Below, piece after piece: positions 22,001 through 30,907 of a stretch of DNA of 64,000 nucleotides. The notes under the pieces are model-generated. The model saw only the letters and a list, made by a program, of their open reading frames with translations. It was not told the origin of the DNA and made no database searches. The stretch spans positions 96,001 to 160,000 of the forward strand of contig JBEPZY010000001.1 in assembly GCA_041640595.1 (NCBI GenBank), in the 5' to 3' direction. A program made the position numbers and the translations under genes. The stretch comes from Gemmatales bacterium (lineage in GTDB: Bacteria > Planctomycetota > Planctomycetia > Gemmatales > HRBIN36). Numbering within the stretch: position 1 is the stretch's first letter; each line of letters begins with the position of its first letter.

Positions 22001-23146
22001 TTATTCGCTGGAGGCGGCGGCAAATTCACCGACACGGGCGAGAAATTCGGCGTTGGTCTGATACTTGGGCAGCATCTGCACCAGCAATTCCATCGCCTCG
22101 ACCGGCTTCATGGCGGATAGTGCTCGCCGCAACAGCACGATTTGCTGATACATCTGCGGTGGCAGTAAGCGCTCTTCCTTGCGCGTACCGGATTGCGGAA
22201 TGCTGATGGCCGGGAAGACACGGCGTTCGGCCAGCTTGCGATCCAGCACGATTTCGAGGTTCCCGGTGCCCTTGAACTCCTCGAAGATGATGTCGTCCAT
22301 GCGGGAACCGGTTTCGACCAGGCAGGTAGCGATCACCGTCAGCGACCCGCCTTCCTCGAAAGCCCGTGCAGTACCGAAGAGCCGGCGCGGCACTTCCAGA
22401 GCTCGCACGTCCAGGCCACCGGACATAATCTTGCCGCCAGAATCAATCTGCTTGTTGTACGCTCGTGCCAGACGGGTCAGGCTGTCCAGCAACAGGAACA
22501 CGTCGTGTCCCATTTCCGCCAGCCGCTTGGCACGCTCGAACACCATCTCCGCCAAGCGAATATGCTCGGCCGAGCGGTTGTCGTTGCTGGAAGCGAAGAC
22601 ATCACCAGGGATCGAACGCTTCATCTCCGTAACTTCTTCAGGCCGTTCATCCACCAGCAGCACCATCACCTTGACTTCCGGGTGATTCTTGGCGACGGCC
22701 TGGGCAATGTGCTGCAACAGAATCGTCTTACCGGAACGCGGCGGAGCCACGATCAGACCACGCTGACCCTTCCCGATGGGGCAAAGCAGGTCAATGACCC
22801 GCGTGGTCAACGGTTGGGGCCCGGTTTCCAGCCGCAACCAGTAGTTGGGATCGATCGGGGTGAGTTTGTCGAAGTCGCGGCGTTTGAGAGCTTCCGGCGG
22901 CTGACCCTCGATACTTTCGACGGTGGCCAGCCGTGGGCCGACACCGTTGCCTTCCATCAATTTCCCGGCCACCCACATACCTTCGCGGAGGCCGTACTTG
23001 ATGATCAACGGCGCCGGCACGTACACATCGCCGGTGCTCCCTTCCAGACGCCGACCGGGCTGGCGTAAAAAGCCGAAGCCCTTCGGGTGCATCTCCAGGA
23101 TGCCTTCCTGAATCTGTTCCAACGTTTCGGGCATGGTAGTGCTCAT
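22001..23146 (-). CDS. rho: Transcription termination factor Rho (short form)
   Basis: GFGFLR, PIGKGQR, APPRSGKT, DERPEEV, DSLTRLARAYN, EEFKGTGN, SGTRKEE. Confidence 0.95.
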   Translation of the reverse strand: MSTTMPETLEQIQEGILEMHPKGFGFLRQPGRRLEGSTGDVYVPAPLIIKYGLREGMWVAGKLMEGNGVGPRLATVESIEGQPPEALKRRDFDKLTPIDPNYWLRLETGPQPLTTRVIDLLCPIGKGQRGLIVAPPRSGKTILLQHIAQAVAKNHPEVKVMVLLVDERPEEVTEMKRSIPGDVFASSNDNRSAEHIRLAEMVFERAKRLAEMGHDVFLLLDSLTRLARAYNKQIDSGGKIMSGGLDVRALEVPRRLFGTARAFEEGGSLTVIATCLVETGSRMDDIIFEEFKGTGNLEIVLDRKLAERRVFPAISIPQSGTRKEERLLPPQMYQQIVLLRRALSAMKPVEAMELLVQMLPKYQTNAEFLARVGEFAAASSE

Positions 23147-23227
23147 GGTACTCCTCTCTTCACCTCTTCACTGGCGCTGGGATCCAACCGGCACCACTTG
23201 CCGGTTCGATCCGCAACTGCACTCGGG

Positions 23228-24091
23228 TTACACTTTCCGATACGGGGTAATGGCTTCGTAGGTGCCATCCGGCAAAGGGCGTAATTCGTAGTCGCCGAAC
23301 AGGTGCGGCGCTTCCTGCTGCAATAAGCGCAACACCTTCACTGCTAGTTGCCGAATCTCTACGTCCGCCCAGCGGCTGGCACGCATTTCGATAAAGTGCC
23401 GCCAGGCCCGCGCATTGGCGGTAACGAAAATCTTGGTTTCCGTCGCGTTGGGCAACACGCTGCGGGCGGCCTGTCTAGCTAATTTACGTCGCAGCGTGCG
23501 ATCTGGTTCATCGCGATACTTTTCTAGCAGTTTTTCCGCCAATTGTACATAGGCCTGGTGCGTCCTGGCAATAGTCTCCAGCCAGAGCCGATGCAATTCC
23601 GGGTCTTCGGCAATGACTTTCGGCTCGACATATTCCGCCACCGATTCGTCCACGTAACGCTGGCTCAGTTGCGAATAGCCGAAGCCAGCACGGTGTCGCA
23701 CCAGTTCGTGGGTGAGTGCTCGGCTGACACCGACGAATAAAAAACTCCACACCGCGTGTTCCAGCACCGAGCCATGTCCTGCTTCCAGGATGTGACGGAT
23801 ATAGGCAGCGTTGCCACCAGGACGAGGGCGGGCGAAACTCATGTAACAAATTCGGCCGGCTGTCTCGACCAGCTTCTCCGCCGCTACTTCCGTGTCCGTC
23901 TCCCAGGCAATGCCGTGCTCAGCCAGAAAACGGTTCAGCTCCTGCTCGGAAATAGTCTGCCGACTGAGCAAATAAACCATCGGTTCGCGGAAAATGCGAA
24001 TCCCCGCTTCCTCCACCACCGCCTCGGGGGCGGGTAGCGAACTGCACGGCGCGGAGACAGCAGATGCGCTATGTAATTGGGTATCAGTCAT
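23228..24091 (-). CDS. thyX: FAD-dependent thymidylate synthase
   Basis: GRICYMS, GHGSVLEH, SR..THELVRHR, SQLSQRY, ARSVLPN, NARAWRHF, EIR.LA. Confidence 0.95.
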   Translation of the reverse strand: MTDTQLHSASAVSAPCSSLPAPEAVVEEAGIRIFREPMVYLLSRQTISEQELNRFLAEHGIAWETDTEVAAEKLVETAGRICYMSFARPRPGGNAAYIRHILEAGHGSVLEHAVWSFLFVGVSRALTHELVRHRAGFGYSQLSQRYVDESVAEYVEPKVIAEDPELHRLWLETIARTHQAYVQLAEKLLEKYRDEPDRTLRRKLARQAARSVLPNATETKIFVTANARAWRHFIEMRASRWADVEIRQLAVKVLRLLQQEAPHLFGDYELRPLPDGTYEAITPYRKV

Positions 24092-24252
24092 GCAGACCCT
24101 CAAGGTCCTGGTCGTAAGTCGTGCCCATGCGGGCACACGACAGCCAGACACAACTCCGACAAGCTGGCAGACCCGCAGCTGAAGAGCGGTCTGCGCTGGT
24201 GTCCAGGCGAGGCGACAACGCCTTACTATCGGTTTCTGGAGGCGACCGTAAA

Positions 24253-24350
24253 TGGCGGGAGCGTATGGGAATCGAACCCACTGGCGCATGTTTCCCATGC
24301 GCCCACTGGTTTTGAAGACCAGGGCCCTCACCAGAGGTGCAAACGCTCCC
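24253..24350 (-). tRNA. selC: tRNA-Sec (anticodon UCA)
   Basis: Minus strand folds as: 8-bp acceptor GGGAGCGU/ACGCUCCC; D-arm with UGGU loop; CUGGU-CU-UCA-AA-ACCAG anticodon arm; 8-bp variable arm GGCGCAUG/CAUGCGCC; 5-bp T-stem with UUCGAUU loop; G discriminator and encoded CCA. This is the 8/5 bacterial tRNA-Sec architecture. Confidence 0.95.
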
Positions 24351-24897
24351 AGGGTCATCACCTAGCAACGGGCAGGCAGCATGAACCCGGCTGGCGCCGC
24401 CGCCGGTTCTGCCGCCCGTAACCGCCAGGCTTTACCGAAACTGGTCAGCTCTTGACATCCATCTCGCCATGCCAAGAAGCTGACTGCATCAATTCCAAGC
24501 GTAGAAAACGCTCCCGCTACCGTCAAGCCCAGTCACATGAAATTCTCTTCCCGATAGCCTGACTGAGCTTCCCTGCCTCGGCAGCATTGGCATTTCAATT
24601 ATAGGTGATTTCCCTCAGTTGGCAAGCATTCGCTCCGCTGCGGAGATAAGACTGGAATTCCAGTCCAAAATTTGCTTGCGTTATGGTCTCCTGCCGGACG
24701 TGTTGCTGGAGTTGGGCGACTCTTGGCGAATACAGTTGGATATGCGAATGCGAGTTTTCGGAGACTATGGCCCCAGCTCGAAGCCACGAATATCATTGGG
24801 GCGTCCCTTTTTGAGCATCCGCGAGCAGGAAAACTCGGTGCCCCCGCAATTTTTCGGCGCCTCCACACAACTGGAGATAGGCCAGTCCTAAAACCAT

Positions 24898-24925
24898 TTG
24901 ACGTTTGGCGAGTTTTCGGTAGGAT
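24898..24925 (+). promoter_or_regulatory. Sigma70-type promoter candidate for rpsB-tsf
   Basis: TTGACG-N16-TAGGAT about 190 nt upstream of the rpsB start. Confidence 0.4.
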
Positions 24926-25115
24926 ATAGCATTCCCAGTGATGGTAATCCGGCAGGCAGTGCTTGCCGGGCAGGTAGGTGCGTCCAGCGCTGATTTTTGC
25001 CAGGGTTCCGGAAGAACGCAACAGACAAGCTATCCCGGGACTCAAAACCGGCCGAGCAGTGCCGCTGCTAAGTGCCGAGTATCACAAACCCATCAAGCAT
25101 ACGGAGGAGAGATGC

Positions 25116-25892
25116 GTGGCGATTGTGCAGGTCAAAGAATTGATTGACGCCGGCGTGCATTATGGCCACCGAGCCAGCCGATGGAATCCCAAAATGAAGC
25201 CGTACATTTACGGCCGCAGTGGGTTAATTCACATCATTGATTTGCGAGAGACGTTGAAGGGATTGCTGCGGGCCTATCGGTTTTTGGTGAAGACGGCCAG
25301 CGAGGGGAAGCTCGTGCTGTTCGTAGGCACGAAGCGACAGGCTCGGGAAATCATCGAACGCGAGGCGACTCGCTGTGGTATGCCGTTTGTCAACGAACGC
25401 TGGTTAGGCGGCACGTTGACCAATTTCAAAACCATCCGCAGCCGGCTTAAGAGGCTGGAGGAACTGGAAGAACTCGAACGCAGCGGGCAGATTTTCACCT
25501 ATAGCAAAAAGATGATTTCCTCACTTTTGCGAGAAAAGCGGAAAATCGAAAGGAACTTGCGCGGCATCCGAACGATGGAACGTCTGCCCGATGCCCTGGT
25601 CATCGTGGACCCGACCCGTGAACACACTGCGGTTGCTGAGGCGCGCAAGGTGGGGGTAATCACGGTGGCCCTCATTGATACTGACGGCGACCCGGACCTG
25701 GTGGACCTGCCTATTCCTGGAAACGATGACAGCATTCGGTCAATAGAATTGATTGTCGGCAAATTGTCGCAGGCCATTCTGGAAGGAAAGGCCTCCTTGC
25801 CACCGGAATTCCGGGAAAAAGCCGAAGCCGCACCGCAACCGGAGTTGGTAGCGCCGCCGATAGAGTCGGTGCCCGTGGAGGCAGCATCGTAA
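25116..25892 (+). CDS. rpsB: 30S ribosomal protein S2
   Basis: [37 protein letters not shown] start behind GGAGG. Confidence 0.97.
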   Translation: MAIVQVKELIDAGVHYGHRASRWNPKMKPYIYGRSGLIHIIDLRETLKGLLRAYRFLVKTASEGKLVLFVGTKRQAREIIEREATRCGMPFVNERWLGGTLTNFKTIRSRLKRLEELEELERSGQIFTYSKKMISSLLREKRKIERNLRGIRTMERLPDALVIVDPTREHTAVAEARKVGVITVALIDTDGDPDLVDLPIPGNDDSIRSIELIVGKLSQAILEGKASLPPEFREKAEAAPQPELVAPPIESVPVEAAS

Positions 25893-26020
25893 GCAGATTG
25901 GGCCGTTGTCGGTTGCTGGAGACAATCGGCCGATCCTGGCGAGTATTGGTGAACTAAACACCGGCCGCGTCGGGCAACGAGCTTGCACGCCGGCGTCGGT
26001 GACCGCTACAGGAGCAGGAC

Positions 26021-26869
26021 ATGGCTAGCATTAGCGCAGCGGATGTGATGAAACTTCGCAACATGACAAACGCTCCCATGATGGATTGCAAAGCCGCCCT
26101 GGAGAAGGCTGGCGGCGATTTTCAGAAAGCTATCCAGATTTTGCGGGAGCAAAATAAAGCGATCAGCAGCAAAAAGGCCGAACGCGAAACCGCGGAAGGG
26201 CGTATCGGCATGTACGTGGACCCAGCGGCCGGGGTGGCGGCCATTGTGGAAGTGCGCTGTGAAACCGCTCCTGTGGTCAAAAGCGACCCGTTCATTCAGC
26301 TGGCCAATGACCTGGCTCGGCATGTCGCTTTAGTGGCACAGTTGCCCGGCTCGGTCGAAGAGTTATTGCAACAACCTTACATTGGCGGCGAAGGGCGAAC
26401 GGTTCGAGATCGCCTGGAAGAAACCATCGGGATTATCCGCGAGAATATGCGCATCGTCCGCTTTGCCCGATTGCAAGGGGGACAGGTTGGAGGATATCTG
26501 CATTTCAACGGCAGCGTGGCCACCATTGTGCAGGCAGAAGGCACGCCCAAAAATCCCGAGATTCTCAAAGACATCGCCATGCACATTACTGCCATGCAAC
26601 CTGTGGCGTTGAGTCGGGAAGAGGTACCCGCGAGTGTAATGGAACGGGAAAAGCAAATCGCCCGCACTCAGGCAGAGCAGACCGGCAAACCACCGCAGAT
26701 CGTCGAGAAAATTGCCGAGGGCAAGCTTCGCACCTGGTTGAGCGAAAACGTTTTGCTCGAACAAAAGTTTTTCAAGGACGACACCAAGACCATTGGCCAG
26801 CTGGCCAAGGAAAATAGCATCGTCCTGCGCCGGTATGTCCGATTCAAAGTCGGCGAACTAAGTTCGTAG
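26021..26869 (+). CDS. tsf: Translation elongation factor Ts
   Basis: KLR..T.A.MMDCK.AL, RETAEG, EVRCET, IAMHI.A, KP..IVEKIAEGK; directly follows rpsB. Confidence 0.96.
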   Translation: MASISAADVMKLRNMTNAPMMDCKAALEKAGGDFQKAIQILREQNKAISSKKAERETAEGRIGMYVDPAAGVAAIVEVRCETAPVVKSDPFIQLANDLARHVALVAQLPGSVEELLQQPYIGGEGRTVRDRLEETIGIIRENMRIVRFARLQGGQVGGYLHFNGSVATIVQAEGTPKNPEILKDIAMHITAMQPVALSREEVPASVMEREKQIARTQAEQTGKPPQIVEKIAEGKLRTWLSENVLLEQKFFKDDTKTIGQLAKENSIVLRRYVRFKVGELSS

Positions 26870-27059
26870 CCTCGCGGCACGACGGGACACACGTAGTCTT
26901 GCTCATGTTGGCCGGCAAGATAGGAATCGAGCCACGCCGGACAGGCCGCTTTAACCGTCTAAGCAGGAGTCATGCCACCGGCTGTGGCGAATAACTGCTG
27001 TTTCGTCGCCTGCGGGCACCAGGCGCAATGTTATTTTCGAGCCAACAGCCACGAGAAAA

Positions 27060-28235
27060 TCAGGTGGGTTTACTAACTTCTGTAAGGCCCACCTTTTCCA
27101 GGAATCTCGCCAGAGCGCGGAGGGCTTCGAGTTTTTCCTCTCGGCCGATACGAGCCAGCTCCACCCAGCGGCGTAAACGCTGGATATTTTCATCGTAAAG
27201 TCGGCGATTGACCGGGTACGGGTGGCCGTCTTTTCCACCATGGGCAAAGCTGTACGCCGCGGGATCACGGTGACTGGCTGGGGCATGATAAATCAATTCG
27301 GCCAGCAGGCTAAGACTTCGTAAGGCTGCAGGCCCCAGGTTGGCTTCGCCGAGGAGTTGTTCAAACTCAGCAGCCTGGCATTCGTAAGTATGGGTCAGCA
27401 CCTTCCGCAAGGTGTTGGGATTGAGATCACGCGCCGACAAGCGATGACGTGCTGGCAGACGTAACCCATTTTGCTGCTCGGACACGGAAACCTGAGATCG
27501 GTCGGAATAGAGCGGCAATTTTTCCAACTGCGCTAGAAGCTTACGAACTTCACGCAGAATGCGATCGGGATGTTCTCGAGACAGAGCGGTCAATGCGTTG
27601 CGGTGGCGCTCAGCCTCCCTGGCGACGAGATTGAGAACTTGTCCGCGTTTATCACACACCACAGCGGCGTGAGGCTCGTTGACGAAGCTCGGCATCACCT
27701 CGGAAAGCCAGTGATAGCGGCGGGCATAGCGCTTACGCGTGTCCATGCCTTGCTGTATCACTGCCCAAACCGGCTGGCCGGGAACGAACAGGAAGCAGTG
27801 ATGGTACAACTCGTAGTTGTCCTGAACGGCAGCGCTATCCACTTTGGCTGCCATACGACTGGCGTAGATCAGGGAATCCGCCGGATCGCCTGTCTTATCG
27901 CAAATGCGGCGAATCTCGTCGGGTGTTTTGCGAGCCAGTGCTCCTTTGCCACCGCAAACGACGATACCCAAATCGCTGCCACTCCGACCGCAAGCTTCCT
28001 TCAACGCAGCCAGCACCGTGGTGGTAACTCCGCTGGAGTGCCAGTCGAAGCCGAGCACGCAGCCAAAGGCCTGAAACCAGAACGGATCGCTCAACCGCCG
28101 CAACATCTCCGCCGGGCCATACTCCCTTACGATTATCGCCGTAATTGCACCGGCCATTTCTACCATGCGACGGAATAACCAGGCAGGTGCTTCTCCGTGG
28201 TGTAAAGGCAAATCGGCAGTACGTCGCGTTGGCAT
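27060..28235 (-). CDS. DUF763-family protein
   Basis: ADLPLH.G.AP.WLF.RM, RLSDP.WFQAFGCVLG.DWHSSG.TT, AKVD.AAVQD.Y.LYHH, ARRYHW, SFAHGGKDG.PYPV. Confidence 0.88.
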   Translation of the reverse strand: MPTRRTADLPLHHGEAPAWLFRRMVEMAGAITAIIVREYGPAEMLRRLSDPFWFQAFGCVLGFDWHSSGVTTTVLAALKEACGRSGSDLGIVVCGGKGALARKTPDEIRRICDKTGDPADSLIYASRMAAKVDSAAVQDNYELYHHCFLFVPGQPVWAVIQQGMDTRKRYARRYHWLSEVMPSFVNEPHAAVVCDKRGQVLNLVAREAERHRNALTALSREHPDRILREVRKLLAQLEKLPLYSDRSQVSVSEQQNGLRLPARHRLSARDLNPNTLRKVLTHTYECQAAEFEQLLGEANLGPAALRSLSLLAELIYHAPASHRDPAAYSFAHGGKDGHPYPVNRRLYDENIQRLRRWVELARIGREEKLEALRALARFLEKVGLTEVSKPT

Positions 28236-28448
28236 GTGCGGTTTCTCCCCCCGTTGGCAAAGCTGTGGAGTTGAGTCGTAACGCCTTATAGGCTCCTGAG
28301 CGCATGCCAGGCGGCGTCAGCCTTCATGCAAATGATCCATATCCTCCTCCCGTGGCCCCGAGGGCAAGTGCATCGCCCTTGTGCTATGCAGTTAGTTTAC
28401 GAACCTGACAAGGGGGAAACTTCGATTTTTCGCACTTGCTGGCAAAAC

Positions 28449-28464
28449 TGGCGTCGTAGTTGCT
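28449..28464 (+). promoter_or_regulatory. Sigma54 (-24/-12) promoter candidate
   Basis: TGGC-GTCGTAG-TTGCT with exact GG-N10-GC spacing, about 140 nt upstream of 28604. Confidence 0.5.
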
Positions 28465-28603
28465 GCTAATCGGGGCTGCCCACACGAACAGGGTTTACAG
28501 ATAGCAGATGCCCGAGCGGGTCGCCTTTGCAAGTTGTTTTGCATAAGCTGTCGAAAGTCCGTGCCAGGACTCTGTACGCGGTAACTCACCAGGGGGGCGT
28601 GCC

Positions 28604-30760
28604 ATGCGACGAGTGAGAATCTTTTGCCTGCTTGCGAGTCTGACGAGTGTTTTTCCCGTGCTGGTGGGAGTGTTTGCGGGAGAACCGCTGACCCAACCGG
28701 CAAATACCTGGGTCAAACGTAGCCCACTGCCGGATGGCCCACCGTCGCCGCGTTTGGGCTACGAGGCATCGTGGGCCTATGATCCGTTTAGCAAGCTGCT
28801 CATTCGCTGGGGCGGGCACAATCAAGGCGGCGGAGGCGAGCAGCACAGCGAAACCTGGACTTTCGATCCAGTCGCGGCCCGATGGACGCTTAAAGAACCG
28901 AATGACTCGCCCCCCGGTGTGTGCTGTGCTCAGCAGAATGTTTTTGACCTCTCAGCTCGCCGATTTGTTCGTTTCCCGGCATTCAGCGGCAGTCATGGCT
29001 GGCAATGGTTCCGGGAGATTTACCTGAAAAACTCCAGTGTCTGGACGTATGACCTGGCGGCGAATCGCTGGCGTGACATGCGGCCTTGCCCTGAACCGCG
29101 GGTCAGTCCGTTGCGTTGCGCTTCCTGGGATAGTCATCACGAAGTCATCGTGCTTTTCGGGGGCGAAGGCAACAGCGAAGGTACGCTGGTTTACGATCCA
29201 TACACCAATACCTGGACCTGGCAGCGTCCTCCGGAACAACCTCCTTTCCGCAGCGGTGGTAATCTGGCTTACGATAGTGCTCGCAAGCTGCACATACTTT
29301 TCGGCTCGCAATTCAGCGACGATCCGCACACGTGGGCCTATGACCTGGTAGCCAACCGCTGGCTCGATTTGAAACCGGAGCGGTTGCCGCCCACCGACCG
29401 CAACGATGCCGTCCTTACCTATGACAGCGTCAATCACGTAATTATCGCCGTTGTCAAAGTCAGCGAGGGCAAAGGCGAGGAAGCAAAATCGCGTTTGGAA
29501 ACCTGGGTTTTCGACACAGGCAAACGGCAGTGGACCAAGATGAATCCGCCGCGCGAACCTGATCCGAGCGGCAACCGTGCTCGCTTGCTGACCTTTTTGC
29601 CCGACCATGGCCTGGCCATTTTAGAAAACCGTACCCATCCACCGCATGGTCCCGCCGAGCAACAAATCTGGACCTACTGCTACGCCAAACCGACACCGGA
29701 AAGCCTGTGGCGTCCTACCACAACGTTACGCGTGCGAACCCAAACGGATTCTGCGGTCCTAACCTGGAACCACGAAGGCCAGCCGCCAGCGCAGTGGGCA
29801 ATCTATCGAGGTGAGGGCAATCAGCCCTGGCTGAGCAACTATCGCCGTATCGCCGCGGTTCCAGGTCAGCAAAACCGTTACGAAGACCGAGGCCTGGAAC
29901 GAGGACGGGTTTACTATTATTACGTCCGCGGAGAAGCCGTTACTGATAAGCCCGCTGGTGGGCCGGTGCCTGAAAGCAATCGGGCCCGCACGCAGCCACG
30001 CATCGTTGAGGATGTAGTGGTGTCGGTGCGCAACGCCCAGGAAGTCGAAATTAGCTGGTCGCCGCCTGCACAAAGCGAAGATGTCGTGGGTTATTACGTC
30101 GAACGAGCCATCGTGGAGGTGCTCAGCGACGATCAGATGGTACGACTCAAGAAAGCGGTCGCCCCGCTCGCGACGACTTCGGTAGGAGCCATCCGGCGAA
30201 TTGGCCCGTTTGAAAGGCTGACGGCCACGCCGGTCACTTCCACCCGTTTCACCGACCGCGTGGACCTCAGCAAACCGCAGACGATCTCCGGCTCCTCGTT
30301 ATGGGAACGCCGATTTTACAAGGAGGAAATTGACCCCGAAGGCAAACCCTATCCGTGGGCGGTTTATGCTTACCGTGTGCGCGCGGTCAATGCTCTGGGA
30401 ACTGTCAGTGGGCCGTCACCTTATTTTCTCACCATCCCCTCACCGCCACAGTGGGTTTTTAGCCGTGAACGGAACGGACAGTGCGACTTGAAATGGGCCA
30501 AAAATCCCGAAGCCGACCTGAAGGGTTATCGTGTCTATCGGCTCGATAGTCGTTTCGGTGCCCCACCGATTACACGTCTGACCCCGGAACCGATCAACGC
30601 AACAACCTTTACCGATCCCACCGCGGGGAAAGCCACTCGCCGGTATCACATCGTGGCTGTGGATGCTCTCGGTCAGGAAGGTTTTCCCTCGATGCCGGTC
30701 TGGTATGAACGCGAATGGAAAAGCTTTTACAAGCCGTTTATCGGCGAATGGCATCAGTAA
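28604..30760 (+). CDS. Secreted Kelch-type beta-propeller protein with C-terminal fibronectin type III domains
   Basis: Signal peptide; repeated LFGG/WGG...TW.YD...N.W units; FN3 hallmarks (L.W....GY.VYR, YRVRAVN..G..S, YHIVAVD..GQEG). Confidence 0.8.
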   Translation: MRRVRIFCLLASLTSVFPVLVGVFAGEPLTQPANTWVKRSPLPDGPPSPRLGYEASWAYDPFSKLLIRWGGHNQGGGGEQHSETWTFDPVAARWTLKEPNDSPPGVCCAQQNVFDLSARRFVRFPAFSGSHGWQWFREIYLKNSSVWTYDLAANRWRDMRPCPEPRVSPLRCASWDSHHEVIVLFGGEGNSEGTLVYDPYTNTWTWQRPPEQPPFRSGGNLAYDSARKLHILFGSQFSDDPHTWAYDLVANRWLDLKPERLPPTDRNDAVLTYDSVNHVIIAVVKVSEGKGEEAKSRLETWVFDTGKRQWTKMNPPREPDPSGNRARLLTFLPDHGLAILENRTHPPHGPAEQQIWTYCYAKPTPESLWRPTTTLRVRTQTDSAVLTWNHEGQPPAQWAIYRGEGNQPWLSNYRRIAAVPGQQNRYEDRGLERGRVYYYYVRGEAVTDKPAGGPVPESNRARTQPRIVEDVVVSVRNAQEVEISWSPPAQSEDVVGYYVERAIVEVLSDDQMVRLKKAVAPLATTSVGAIRRIGPFERLTATPVTSTRFTDRVDLSKPQTISGSSLWERRFYKEEIDPEGKPYPWAVYAYRVRAVNALGTVSGPSPYFLTIPSPPQWVFSRERNGQCDLKWAKNPEADLKGYRVYRLDSRFGAPPITRLTPEPINATTFTDPTAGKATRRYHIVAVDALGQEGFPSMPVWYEREWKSFYKPFIGEWHQ

Positions 30761-30907
30761 CAGCGGAAGTAAACAAAGACGGTGGCACAATCGCGGTAGG
30801 GCGCTGCTTGATCGCCGCCTGCTCTGGGGCTAATCGAATTGGCCCAGCAGGGCATCAACCGAATCCAGCTCTTTGCCAGAAACGCTTGAATCACAACGGG
30901 AGGGAAA

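Noticed and set aside
24999..25025. GCCAGGGTTCCGGAAGAACGCAAC resembling SRP RNA helix 8
   Set aside because: It lacks the CAGG-NNN-GNRA-NNN-AGCA geometry and the long flanking helix; more likely part of the rpsB leader.
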